From the IMG/VR virus record IMGVR_UViG_3300009678_000031, positions 1-41,874 of that record: DNA of 41,874 nt; one strand, written 5' to 3'. Below the pieces are notes generated by a model. It did not search any database. It saw only the letters and a list, made by a program, of their open reading frames with translations, and was not told the DNA's origin. Source of the stretch: a virus (taxonomy: Duplodnaviria > Caudoviricetes). The translations under genes were made by a program, and so were the position numbers. This document shows, piece after piece, positions 1 to 8,995 of the stretch; the first letter of the stretch is position 1, and the number at the start of each line of letters is the position of its first letter.

Positions 1-86
1 CGTCGCAACAAGGAGAACAACCCATGAAGATGGAAGATTTCACCATCGAGCAGCACGAAGGCTACGGGCCGGTTGTGCGCGGAAGC
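1..86. repeat. Direct terminal repeat, left copy (circular-assembly overlap)
   Basis: Bases 1-86 are identical to 41789-41874; the repeat cuts through a gene, as expected for an assembler overlap of a circular contig. Confidence 0.95.
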
Positions 87-239
87 AACATCGAGAAGGT
101 AATGGGGGCTGACGACGCCGCGAAGTTCTGGCGCTGGATGCGCGGGCAGACAACCGGAGGCGACACGGCAACCGGCGAAGCACTCATCTACGCCGACGAC
201 TTGCGCCGGTACATTCTAAAACTTCCAGTGATCGACTAA
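24..239 (+). CDS. Hypothetical phage protein (71 aa)
   Basis: RBS AAGGAG upstream; compact ORF with FWRWMRGQT motif, in an operon of small genes. Confidence 0.75.
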   Translation: MKMEDFTIEQHEGYGPVVRGSNIEKVMGADDAAKFWRWMRGQTTGGDTATGEALIYADDLRRYILKLPVID

Positions 240-254
240 AGGAGAACAACCCTC

Positions 255-551
255 ATGGATAGGAAAGAAGCTCTATGTATTGTACTGGAATCGGCAGGCG
301 CGGAGGCCGACTCGTGCGCGGGCGAGGCAATGAAGTTATCGTCGAACCCGCGAAAACAGAAGCTGGAGCAAGACATTGCCGACGAGATTCGGGCCGCAAT
401 CGCCATCCTCAGCGAGCCCGTAGAGAGGCCGGAGGGAGTGCCGGAGGTGGTGTACGTGGGCAATAGCGGAATTGTGGAACACGTGCCAATACCGGGACTC
501 TGCCGGTTCCGCTTCGACGGCATCGTAGAAGGAAGTGGGGAAAAACCATGA
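255..551 (+). CDS. Hypothetical phage protein (98 aa)
   Basis: RBS AAGGAG; stop overlaps the next start (ATGA). Confidence 0.7.
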   Translation: MDRKEALCIVLESAGAEADSCAGEAMKLSSNPRKQKLEQDIADEIRAAIAILSEPVERPEGVPEVVYVGNSGIVEHVPIPGLCRFRFDGIVEGSGEKP

Positions 552-1225
552 TTAAAAAAGCAGATTGTTTCATGTACCCGGATGGCATCACTGTTGATGG
601 GCAGGCCCAGCGCATCCGGCGTTACGAAATCCTGATGGGGTGTATCGACGGAACCAATCCAGCGGTGGCGGCGACGGGACGAAAGACGATGGGGTATGTG
701 AACCCCGTACCGGGAAACACGTGGTGGGCGTGGGTCGAGGACTACGGCTGGAAGAACTACATGACCGACTACAAGTTCTACGGCACGATGATCGACTGTG
801 CGGCGGCGAACCGGGAGACGTTCCCCCTGTCTGAGTACGAGCGCGTGATGCGCGAGATTGCCCCGGCCCCGGTGATGCCGAACTACTCTGACCTCGGCAC
901 GTACCGTGGCGGTGTGGCGGCGACGAAGGACTTCATCCTTGCCCTCCGAGAACTCACCCCGCTCCACTTCATCCAGGTGGCGTATGACATGCGCTACCAC
1001 AACAAGACCAACTGGAACACGCTGCGCCAGACGGCGAACCTGAGTTTGTCAGCGGGGAAGCAGTTGATCCTCGGGATGTACGATCCGGGTCGTGCGAAGC
1101 AGGTCGAGGCCGCGTATCTCATGGAAACCTACCATCCTGCCGGTGTGGTTTGGTGCTACAAGATGCAGGTGGAGGACAACAGCTACGCCTCCAACTGGAA
1201 CGATGCATGGGAGTGGGAGAAATGA
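548..1225 (+). CDS. Hypothetical protein, possibly a small TIM-barrel/glycoside-hydrolase-like fold (225 aa)
   Basis: ATGA coupling at both ends; Trp/Tyr-rich with an alternating beta/alpha pattern (GYVNP, VMPNYS, LHFIQ, LILGMY). The fold call is a guess. Confidence 0.7.
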   Translation: MIKKADCFMYPDGITVDGQAQRIRRYEILMGCIDGTNPAVAATGRKTMGYVNPVPGNTWWAWVEDYGWKNYMTDYKFYGTMIDCAAANRETFPLSEYERVMREIAPAPVMPNYSDLGTYRGGVAATKDFILALRELTPLHFIQVAYDMRYHNKTNWNTLRQTANLSLSAGKQLILGMYDPGRAKQVEAAYLMETYHPAGVVWCYKMQVEDNSYASNWNDAWEWEK

Positions 1226-1536
1226 AGTATAAGGCGATCATCACCCGCGTGGCCGACGGCGAGATCGGTGAGTACAAACCAGATTGGGACTACGAGGTCA
1301 CGGAGGATGGGTTCTCGAACGAGTACATCTGGAGCGAAGGAAACTTCAGTTGCGACTGCAACCGCATGATGTTTTTCCATGAAGCCCGGGGAGAGGAGTA
1401 CCCCGTCGAAAAATTTGAGGATATAAAGTGCAGCAACGGTAAGTTTCATGTGCGCTGCGTTGATGTGGATACCGGAGCGGTGCTCTACGACGACGACAAT
1501 CCCAACATGGTCTACACCGGGAGGGATTCTACGTAA
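1222..1536 (+). CDS. Cys-motif phage protein (WSEGNFSCDCNR)
   Basis: ATG at 1222 overlaps the previous stop; the CDC motif suggests metal binding. Confidence 0.75.
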   Translation: MKYKAIITRVADGEIGEYKPDWDYEVTEDGFSNEYIWSEGNFSCDCNRMMFFHEARGEEYPVEKFEDIKCSNGKFHVRCVDVDTGAVLYDDDNPNMVYTGRDST

Positions 1537-1567
1537 AAGCAAAACGGCCCCGGTTTCCCAGGGCCGT
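1535..1567 (-). terminator. Intrinsic terminator of the late operon at the convergence point
   Basis: Minus strand ACGGCCCTGG-GAAA-CCGGGGCCGT followed by TTTGCTTTT. Confidence 0.8.
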
Positions 1568-1627
1568 CTCACTTGGAAAGGAAGAAGAAGCCAGACCGAC
1601 GAAATCTAGCTCCGTTCTCGCTCTCTG

Positions 1628-1933
1628 TCAACGAATATTGACCGCTTTCAGCGCGGTCACCGTCGTCACAACCGGCTTCTGCGCGATCTTGTGAACACCC
1701 ACCGACGCAGCACCGGCGATGCCGCCCGAGATCGCGAGCTCCGCGGGATCCAGCCCAGGAACCACAACCCCTAGAAGACCGCCTACCGCCGTACCCACCG
1801 TCGTGTTGATGTACGGGATCAACTGGTTCGGGATGTTCGGCCGGTACCACTTCGACCCGTTGAAGAAATGTTTCTGGATCGCCCCCAGGGCGAGCCCGAG
1901 CCCCACGCCGGCGAGCTGCTTCAATGGATCCAT
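1628..1933 (-). CDS. Putative holin (about 3 hydrophobic segments)
   Basis: IPNQLIPYIN motif and hydrophobic Gly/Ala-rich helices typical of small phage holins; lies downstream of the endolysin. Confidence 0.65.
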   Translation of the reverse strand: MDPLKQLAGVGLGLALGAIQKHFFNGSKWYRPNIPNQLIPYINTTVGTAVGGLLGVVVPGLDPAELAISGGIAGAASVGVHKIAQKPVVTTVTALKAVNIR

Positions 1934-2161
1934 TTACGGACCTACTTTCATGTCTCCGTACGCCTCAGTGAGGCCGGAGATCACGTAGGGCACCGCAGCG
2001 TCCGTGTCGCCCCTCAAGTCGTCCGCGGCGACCATTGCGGCCATGAACGTCTCCTGGGCCTCCTTGAGGGCTTCTGAGCCCACTCCGTGTGTCTTCACGG
2101 CCAACATCAGGTCCAGGAATTCCTTCCCGAGCCCCTTGCACTGCACCTTATCTGCAACCAT
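1934..2161 (-). CDS. Hypothetical protein in the lysis region (75 aa)
   Basis: RBS AGGAGG; abuts the holin start. Confidence 0.7.
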   Translation of the reverse strand: MVADKVQCKGLGKEFLDLMLAVKTHGVGSEALKEAQETFMAAMVAADDLRGDTDAAVPYVISGLTEAYGDMKVGP

Positions 2162-2174
2162 GATTGACCTCCTG

Positions 2175-2354
2175 TTACAGTTTGAAATCCAACCCCGTGA
2201 CCGCCCGCAGGAGAATCAGGAGGCAGATCACTCCGACCACCACCCAGATGACCGTCTTCACCTGGGGTGGGGCGGGGATCAACGCGACGATCCCCCAGCC
2301 GATGAGCGCCACGATGGCGATCAATACCAATGCGACCAATAAACTCTCGATCAT
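2175..2354 (-). CDS. Small two-TM membrane protein (holin/antiholin-like)
   Basis: RBS GAGGAG before ATG 2354; two long hydrophobic helices separated by IPAPPQVK. Confidence 0.8.
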   Translation of the reverse strand: MIESLLVALVLIAIVALIGWGIVALIPAPPQVKTVIWVVVGVICLLILLRAVTGLDFKL

Positions 2355-2614
2355 GGTGACTCCTCGCACTCGCCGTCATGGCGAGATTTTCCACACCAAT
2401 CGCACGTCAACTCGATGACGTCGGCGGCCTCGATCGCCAGCTCCTCAGAGAGGAGCCGGTTGATGTCCGCCACCTTGTATCGGCCGTAGCGGTTCCAGTG
2501 ACCGCTCATCATCTCCTGCCGTGTCGGCAGGTAGTCCTGGTTCGGGGGTTTCCGTTTCTTCGCCCAGATCTCGCCCCGGGAATACGGGGCCCCCTTCTGT
2601 GGTTTCGCGCCCAT
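2351..2614 (-). CDS. Hypothetical protein with a C-terminal CxxC...H...C motif (87 aa)
   Basis: RBS AAGGAG; stop overlaps the next start. Confidence 0.6.
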   Translation of the reverse strand: MGAKPQKGAPYSRGEIWAKKRKPPNQDYLPTRQEMMSGHWNRYGRYKVADINRLLSEELAIEAADVIELTCDWCGKSRHDGECEESP

Positions 2615-2650
2615 CGCCCTTCTCCTTTGGGGGTTCCGGTCTCCACGTGC

Positions 2651-3106
2651 TCATACAGTGGTGTCGATCTCGGTGGACTCCGCGGCCGGCTTCTCGCCGA
2701 GCTCGAAGTGCATGAGGTCATCGAACTTGTTGTCCGCGGGCTCCCAGTTGAGATTCCAGTCGCCGCCCCAGCGGATCGGAATCCCGTAGAGCTGTGCAAT
2801 CATCAGGGCTGCGCCGGCGAACATCGTGAGGCGCTCGCGCCCCTCCGGTGAATCAAATTTCACCTTCCGACTGTCCCACGGAAACGGGACGAGGTGAACC
2901 GCCTCGCACGGTGTGCGGCAGTGCTTCGCTTGATCGCCCGTCACCTTCGAGAGTCCGGTCTCGAAGTAGTGCTGTTGCAGCTCGCGACTGCGCGGCCCCT
3001 CGACGACCGAGTGGTCGAGGTGCTTGATGACGAGTGCGAGCCAGCGCTGAAGCTCGGGATGGAGTTGCGCGATGATCTCCATCGAGCGGGGTCCGTACGT
3101 TGCCAA
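2651..3106 (-). CDS. Endolysin, M15-family (L-Ala-D-Glu-type) zinc peptidase
   Basis: Motifs LHPELQ, VVEGPRS..LQ, KH, IPIRWGGDW and DLMHFEL. Likely TTG start at 3106 after RBS GGAGG; the frame is open up to 3292. Confidence 0.88.
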   Translation of the reverse strand: MATYGPRSMEIIAQLHPELQRWLALVIKHLDHSVVEGPRSRELQQHYFETGLSKVTGDQAKHCRTPCEAVHLVPFPWDSRKVKFDSPEGRERLTMFAGAALMIAQLYGIPIRWGGDWNLNWEPADNKFDDLMHFELGEKPAAESTEIDTTV

Positions 3107-3288
3107 TGTGTTTCCTCCGCTGACCTGGGGTTGAATGAGGAGGGCGAGCCCCATCGCGCGGTCAATCCGCGCGGTGCCCGCCGGCTGTGTTTCTTCGCCG
3201 CTTCCGCGGCTCCAGTGATTGCGATAGCGCGCATCCCATAGCGAAAGGCGCACGAGCGCTAGTCGAGCTTCGCGCAACGCATTTGTAG

Positions 3289-3555
3289 TCACTGGATGTC
3301 CAGCTTCGCCTTGATGCGCTCGATGTCCGTGGTCATCGCGTCCTGTTTCGTCTCGATACGCAGGAGCGTCCCCGGGATACCGGACGCGGTGGCCTGCGCG
3401 AGTTTCAGCGCGGCCACCTCGGTCTTGATCGTCGCGATCTCCGTCGTGTTGATCGTCACGCGGTCCTGCATGACGAAGTAACCGCCAACGGCGAGCACCG
3501 AGGGGATCAAGAGGACTACCCAGTTGTTTTTTAATCCATTTGATTGAGTAGCCAT
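3289..3555 (-). CDS. Single-TM plus coiled-coil protein (holin/XhlA-like)
   Basis: RBS AGGAG before ATG 3555; N-terminal hydrophobic helix followed by a heptad pattern; directly upstream of the endolysin. Confidence 0.75.
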   Translation of the reverse strand: MATQSNGLKNNWVVLLIPSVLAVGGYFVMQDRVTINTTEIATIKTEVAALKLAQATASGIPGTLLRIETKQDAMTTDIERIKAKLDIQ

Positions 3556-3565
3556 GTGGTCACTC

Positions 3566-6475
3566 CTATTCGTGCGCGCCCGAGATCCCGAGCTCTTGCT
3601 TGAGCGCTTTGAGTTTTTCGATTTCAGCTTCAGCCTTCGCGATGTTTCCCTCATTTTTGGTGATCTCTCCCCACGAACGAACCGCAGACAACTCCGCGAT
3701 CCTGAAGTTGATTTCATAGGCCCATTTTTTACGTTGCTTCTCGACGTTTACGGGATAGGTTTTCCCGAATAGCGTACGGGTGATGCCGCTGCGAAGACCA
3801 CCTCCGAGTTCCTGGTTGAATTCACCGAGCAGCTTGTCGGTCTCGTTGATGATGCGCACGCTGCGCAGCGCGTGCTCGAGCTTCACGGGCAGGGTCGCCT
3901 GGACGGAGAGCTTCCCGGGTGCGAACGCCTCAACCGCCGGGGAGAGCCCGGGCACACCGAGCCGCACGCGCGCCGTCTCATCCGGCATACGCTGGATTTT
4001 CCGGCGCTGGAATAAATTGAAGTTCGAGAGCAGTTCCATCGGTACACGGAGATACGGTGTCGTCATGTTCGCGATTTCCCACGCGACGCGCTCACCGCTC
4101 ATCGCCTTTTCGATTTCCGACCCCGGCCAGAAGCCGCCGAGGAAGAAGTAGCGGTAATCCCCGGTCTTCTTGTCGTGGAACGCGCGAACCTTACCCGCGT
4201 TCTGTAGCCACTGCTGGAAGGCCAACTGGTTCGGCGCGGGCCCACCCATCGTGTCCTCCCATGCGTTGATCCCCTTCTCGGCCGCCGCAAAGCGGCCGGT
4301 GTGGCGCGCAAACATCTCGAGCTGGAGCGGAAGGTTGAAGCGCGTCCAGGCATAGAACGGGAAGAGTCGATCACGGAACACATTCTTTTCGAAATCCGAG
4401 AGGCCGTGCTCGTAATCGAATAGGAACTTGCGAACACTGCGTGCCGCACGTTCGGGTGTGTCACCCTTCGACAGCCTCCACATGAAGTGCGAGATCCGCG
4501 CATTGTCCTCGATGTGTGTGCCCACCTTGAAGCCCGCCTGCACCGCGATGTTCTCGGATGGGTTGGGTGTGATCGTGCGCTTCAGGATCCCGCCCGGCGT
4601 GGTCGGGATTTTCGTCACCGCATCCGCAAACTCCTCGGTCGGCCCCCCGCGTGTCACGCGGTGACGGAGAATCATCTCGGACATCTGATGATCGGTATAG
4701 TGCTTGAGCATCGGCTCGTTCGTAAAGCTGCCAGTTTCGATTTTCCTCTGCATCACGCGCGCACCTTCGCCGTGGACAAGCTGGTCTTTCAGACGCATCC
4801 CCGCGAGTGTGTTCTGCCAGACGTTCGACGCCATGTTGCGCACGTGGTAGCCCGGGAACGGCGAGAGCGTCCACGCCTTGTAGAACTTCGTCATGTTGCG
4901 AATTGTGCTCTGCGCTTCACGAATCGACTTTGGATCCATGTAGGACTTGAGTGCCGCGTTGATCTCGTCCGCCACCTCGGCGGGGAACACGACGTCATCG
5001 AGGTTGTGGATGACCTTCTCGGCCTGTGGGCCCTTCGTTTTCCACTCGACGACTTTCGCGTCGAGCTTCTTCCATTTGCCCGGTGTTGCCGCCACGATGT
5101 CGGATTTCGCAGGGAGGGCGAGGCCCTCGCGGTACATATACTTGAGCGTGTCCTTGAAGAAGTTCTGGACGGCGAGTGAGCGTCCGACTTCGCGCCGCTC
5201 CACATTTAGGATCTTCGCGATGTCGTGCTCGATGGTTTCCTGGATCAGGGAGTCGAAGTCCTTGATCTGCCCGCGCATCTTGCGGATGTTATCCCAGCTC
5301 GTCATCTTCCCTGAGTACATCGCGTCGATGCGATCCGCGTACGAGAGGTTGATCGCATTCGGCATGCGATCGAACAGCTCAATCATCTCGTTTGTGGCGG
5401 TGAGTGCCGCTTCGCGCTGCGCTTTCGGGATGTTCTCGATCGACACCTCCGCGGCTTCCCCGCGGAGCGCGGCGGCCTTATCGCGCAACACGCGCAATAC
5501 CTCGCCGCGCCCGACCAGGCGGCGCGGCACGTACGCACGTCCGCCCTCGGCCATGATGATCCCGGCCGCGCGCTTCGGATCGAGCATGCCCTCGGAGATC
5601 TTCATCTTCTCGAGCTTCTTCAGCGCGTCACGCGCGATCAGTGCCGCGCGCTTCTCCTCGGGGTTGAGCTTGTTGTACTCGCGGATCCATTCCTTCCGCC
5701 GCCACAACTCGGGCTTCAGGATCGTGCCGTCCGGCAGCATCCCCTCGACCGGCTCCGCATCCAGGACGCGCGTGATGGCACCCCTGCGCTTCGGATCCTT
5801 CACGAGCTCGACGATCTTCCGCTCCGCGGTGTCGAGGAGCTGGGAGCGGAGAATATTACGCTGGCCCTGCATGCGCTCCTTTAGGATCAGCACACGGTTG
5901 AAGCCGCCGCGCTGGAGGAGCTTGTTCGGGTTGAAGCGCCGATAGACCGACCGTGCGATACGGTCGCCGTGGACGGCGGCCTTATCGGCAATGTCCGCGC
6001 CCACCTCGGTCGTGCGCAGTGCGCGCACGCCGGCTTTCCCGGCGACACCCGCACCCTTCCCCACGTAGCTGAGTGGCTTCGCAATCGGAACAAAGTTGAT
6101 TGGATCGACGACGAGATCCGCGGCGAAGCCCAGTGCCTTCGCGGTCTTCCGCCCGGGTACGTGCTCCTGGATCGTCTCGGTGAAGCTCGCGGAGTCGCGG
6201 ATCCCGCGGAGTGCGGCGTGGTACACGTTGTCCATGCTGCGCGGCCCAATCGTCTCGCGCGCGATGCCCGCGAGTGCCTGCTGCCCGACCGGCAGCATTT
6301 CGAGCGTGCGCATGAAACGGTTGCCTGGCCGGTGCCAGCGCTCAGAAAGCACGTCCTGGATCGTAAGAGGGGTTTCGCGGTGGCCCTCACGCACGGCACC
6401 CTCGAACAGGGTGTCTTTTTTCCCAGGCTTCTTCACGTGCCCGGAGCGACCACGCGGAGGTTTGACCAGGCTCAT
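3566..6475 (-). CDS. Large internal virion / DNA ejection protein (969 aa)
   Basis: Last structural gene before lysis; C-terminal half has PGYHVRN, AARSVRKFLFDY and FPFYAWTRFNLPLQ motifs typical of large podovirus internal proteins (LPD38-like region). Confidence 0.75.
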   Translation of the reverse strand: MSLVKPPRGRSGHVKKPGKKDTLFEGAVREGHRETPLTIQDVLSERWHRPGNRFMRTLEMLPVGQQALAGIARETIGPRSMDNVYHAALRGIRDSASFTETIQEHVPGRKTAKALGFAADLVVDPINFVPIAKPLSYVGKGAGVAGKAGVRALRTTEVGADIADKAAVHGDRIARSVYRRFNPNKLLQRGGFNRVLILKERMQGQRNILRSQLLDTAERKIVELVKDPKRRGAITRVLDAEPVEGMLPDGTILKPELWRRKEWIREYNKLNPEEKRAALIARDALKKLEKMKISEGMLDPKRAAGIIMAEGGRAYVPRRLVGRGEVLRVLRDKAAALRGEAAEVSIENIPKAQREAALTATNEMIELFDRMPNAINLSYADRIDAMYSGKMTSWDNIRKMRGQIKDFDSLIQETIEHDIAKILNVERREVGRSLAVQNFFKDTLKYMYREGLALPAKSDIVAATPGKWKKLDAKVVEWKTKGPQAEKVIHNLDDVVFPAEVADEINAALKSYMDPKSIREAQSTIRNMTKFYKAWTLSPFPGYHVRNMASNVWQNTLAGMRLKDQLVHGEGARVMQRKIETGSFTNEPMLKHYTDHQMSEMILRHRVTRGGPTEEFADAVTKIPTTPGGILKRTITPNPSENIAVQAGFKVGTHIEDNARISHFMWRLSKGDTPERAARSVRKFLFDYEHGLSDFEKNVFRDRLFPFYAWTRFNLPLQLEMFARHTGRFAAAEKGINAWEDTMGGPAPNQLAFQQWLQNAGKVRAFHDKKTGDYRYFFLGGFWPGSEIEKAMSGERVAWEIANMTTPYLRVPMELLSNFNLFQRRKIQRMPDETARVRLGVPGLSPAVEAFAPGKLSVQATLPVKLEHALRSVRIINETDKLLGEFNQELGGGLRSGITRTLFGKTYPVNVEKQRKKWAYEINFRIAELSAVRSWGEITKNEGNIAKAEAEIEKLKALKQELGISGAHE

Positions 6476-6478
6476 CGA

Positions 6479-7669
6479 TTACATCTTCCCGGTGAAGGGG
6501 GTCTGCTTTTTCATGGCGTCACTGATTTTCTGCGCCTTGACCGTCGTCGCGGTCGGCGGCCCCTGTGCGGACTCCTTGAGTAACCGGCGAATCAACTTGT
6601 TCACGTACGCCGGATCCGCCTCGAGTCCGTTCTTCGAAACACCGTACGCATAGATCGACGCAATATCCTCAGGAGAATGCAGGCCATCCGCGTCCGCAAT
6701 CTTCGTGAGGTCCATCATGTTCTCCCAGGATCCGTAGTTGTCGATGGCCTGCTGCACGAGCGGATCATCTGGGTACATGATCGGGAACTGCGCGATGGTG
6801 CGACCCGGAATCGACCCACGGCTCCAGCCGCCCTTTTTCACGATTTCCTTCGCGGCCCCATTGTCCGAGTTCGTGAGGTAATCGTTGATCGTCTGAAAAT
6901 TCTCGTCTGCGAGCGCCTCGGCGTCGAAGTCTGACTCGTATTTATCAAGCTCGTTCAGGTCTTTCATTCCCTTGCTCACGCCGTACCCAATCACGGCGCG
7001 ATCGCGCGCTTCCTGCTCCTTGTCCTCGGCGGTCTTGCCCGTGCGAACGAGCCGGCCGCTATTCAGCGCTTGGCCGTACATCTGTTCGACCTGCTGATCG
7101 TTCACCGCGGATCCCGCCAACCAGATTGGCTGACCGCTCTGTTCGAGCGCGGAGATCGTGCCCGCGATGTCAGTGTTGCCGGCCATGTACTGCTGCATAA
7201 GCATAGACGTGGCGTCCGACGTCATCACTCGTCCTTTGAAGGCAGGATTTTGGAAGAGTCGGTTGAGGTCCACATAGAAATTCTTGGTCTTCGCGAATTC
7301 CGAATTCTTCTCATTCTGTTTATGCTTCCAGTCCGCCTCGAGCTCCGCCATCCGGTTTTTATGATCGAGCAACATCTTCTCTTTCTCTTGTTCAAAACTG
7401 GTGGCCGCATCGCTCACATCATATCCGCGCTGTCGCTGTTCAGTGTTGAGCTTGTCCATCGCGAGCTTGTTGTAGTTCTGCGCTTCGGCCATCTGCGTCT
7501 GGCCGAACTGCGATTGCCACTGCGCCTGCTGGCCGGCACGGGATGCCGCCTCTTCCTGGAGGCGCATCTGCATCGCCTCGCGCTCACGCTTGCGCGTGAC
7601 GTGGAGGTCAAATGCAGGGCCGAGAATCGCGGTCCAAATATCCTGTCCCTTGAGTCCGTATGGAGCCAT
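6479..7669 (-). CDS. Putative internal virion (ejection) protein (396 aa)
   Basis: Gln/Ala/Glu-rich helical N-terminus; syntenic with podovirus ejectosome genes. Confidence 0.65.
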   Translation of the reverse strand: MAPYGLKGQDIWTAILGPAFDLHVTRKREREAMQMRLQEEAASRAGQQAQWQSQFGQTQMAEAQNYNKLAMDKLNTEQRQRGYDVSDAATSFEQEKEKMLLDHKNRMAELEADWKHKQNEKNSEFAKTKNFYVDLNRLFQNPAFKGRVMTSDATSMLMQQYMAGNTDIAGTISALEQSGQPIWLAGSAVNDQQVEQMYGQALNSGRLVRTGKTAEDKEQEARDRAVIGYGVSKGMKDLNELDKYESDFDAEALADENFQTINDYLTNSDNGAAKEIVKKGGWSRGSIPGRTIAQFPIMYPDDPLVQQAIDNYGSWENMMDLTKIADADGLHSPEDIASIYAYGVSKNGLEADPAYVNKLIRRLLKESAQGPPTATTVKAQKISDAMKKQTPFTGKM

Positions 7670-7670
7670 T

Positions 7671-8399
7671 TTAATACCTCATGCTCGGGTTGAACGGCGG
7701 CGTCCCATACTGGTTCCGCACCTGATTGATCTGATCCTGCGCGGAGAAGATCGCCTGCGCGGGTGCCGCAACCGGATTCAGGAACATCTCGCCGATCTGA
7801 CCGATAGAGCCGAGCATCGATATAAACGCCTGGCGGCTGAAGTCATCCTGGGCGAGCTTCGCCTGGAAGCGCGCAAAGCGCTCCTGGAGTTGCTCGCTCA
7901 CGCGCATCTTCTCGATCTCGTTGAAGTAATCGATCTCCCCGGTGACGACGCGATCGCGCGACTCCTGCATGTAGCCGAGGAGTTTCTGTGAGAAGTCCAT
8001 CTTTCCGGTCTGCGCCTGCGACATGATGCCGCTGCGCTCGCGCGACAAGAGCGCCTGAGTAAGACCGCCACCCTCCAGTCCCCCGCGAATGGTAGCGCGC
8101 TGGATTCCCATCGCGGCACCACCGACCTGTTGGGCGGCGGCCCGATCTGCGCGGCTCGCGAAGAGATTTAGTAGTTGGTCCTTGTACTTGCCGGCCTCCG
8201 CATCGTACATGCGGAGCTTTGAATTCAGTTCGTTCTGCTCATACTGCGACTTGCGGCGCTGTTTATAGGCATTCATCTCCGCCTGGGTGTTGGTGTGAAC
8301 CACCTCACCCGTGTATGGATCGTAGTCAGTGATCGACTCGTGGCGATTGCTGTTAGTCCGAACTTTATTTTCCCATCTATCCGATGACCAGGCTCCCAT
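7671..8399 (-). CDS. Putative internal virion (ejection) protein (242 aa)
   Basis: Helical, Ala/Gln-rich, with a RGGLEGGG motif and a hydrophobic Gly-rich segment near the C-terminus. Confidence 0.65.
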   Translation of the reverse strand: MGAWSSDRWENKVRTNSNRHESITDYDPYTGEVVHTNTQAEMNAYKQRRKSQYEQNELNSKLRMYDAEAGKYKDQLLNLFASRADRAAAQQVGGAAMGIQRATIRGGLEGGGLTQALLSRERSGIMSQAQTGKMDFSQKLLGYMQESRDRVVTGEIDYFNEIEKMRVSEQLQERFARFQAKLAQDDFSRQAFISMLGSIGQIGEMFLNPVAAPAQAIFSAQDQINQVRNQYGTPPFNPSMRY

Positions 8400-8995
8400 T
8401 ACGCACCTCCCGACACGATGGCGATCAGATTTACATTGCCCGGGGCGGGGAGAGCGCGGAAGCGATACTTAATTGTGCATCCAGTGGTGGTGATCGCGGT
8501 GACTGTCATGTAGGACAGTTCTGCGGCAGTCCCGGAAATCCGTGTTCCACCCACGTTATCCGCGAATGTCGGAATCACATGGACCTTCGTAGCATCCGGG
8601 AATGTAAAGGCCCCGTCCACCGAGTCGGTCGCAGACCAGTCCACCGTGATCGTATGCTCGGCGAGATCGGCGAGGAGGGTTTCCTGTTTCTTGATCCAGA
8701 TCGTGCGATTTCCACCATTCCCGCGATACACCGATCCCGACTGCCACGCAAGAACACCGACGCCGGCAGAGGTGTAGTCGATCGCGGACTGCTTCACGCA
8801 GGAAGTACCGAACAGCGTTGATGTGATCGTCCCGGGCTTCCCCTTCGAATAGAGTGTAATGCCGGCGGGACTCAGATTGGTGTCGTCGATCGACGCGGAC
8901 CACGACTTGATCGCGGCCCAGTTCGCGTTGAACTCTGGCGCGTAGCCAATATTTCCAGGCACAAAGATGTCATACGGAATCGTCAGAAGACTCAC
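8399..8995 (-). CDS. Tail-associated structural protein (short fibre/needle-like, 198 aa)
   Basis: N-terminal FVPG..A.EFNANW virion-attachment-like motif, beta-rich C-terminus, follows the nozzle gene. Confidence 0.6.
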   Translation of the reverse strand: MSLLTIPYDIFVPGNIGYAPEFNANWAAIKSWSASIDDTNLSPAGITLYSKGKPGTITSTLFGTSCVKQSAIDYTSAGVGVLAWQSGSVYRGNGGNRTIWIKKQETLLADLAEHTITVDWSATDSVDGAFTFPDATKVHVIPTFADNVGGTRISGTAAELSYMTVTAITTTGCTIKYRFRALPAPGNVNLIAIVSGGA

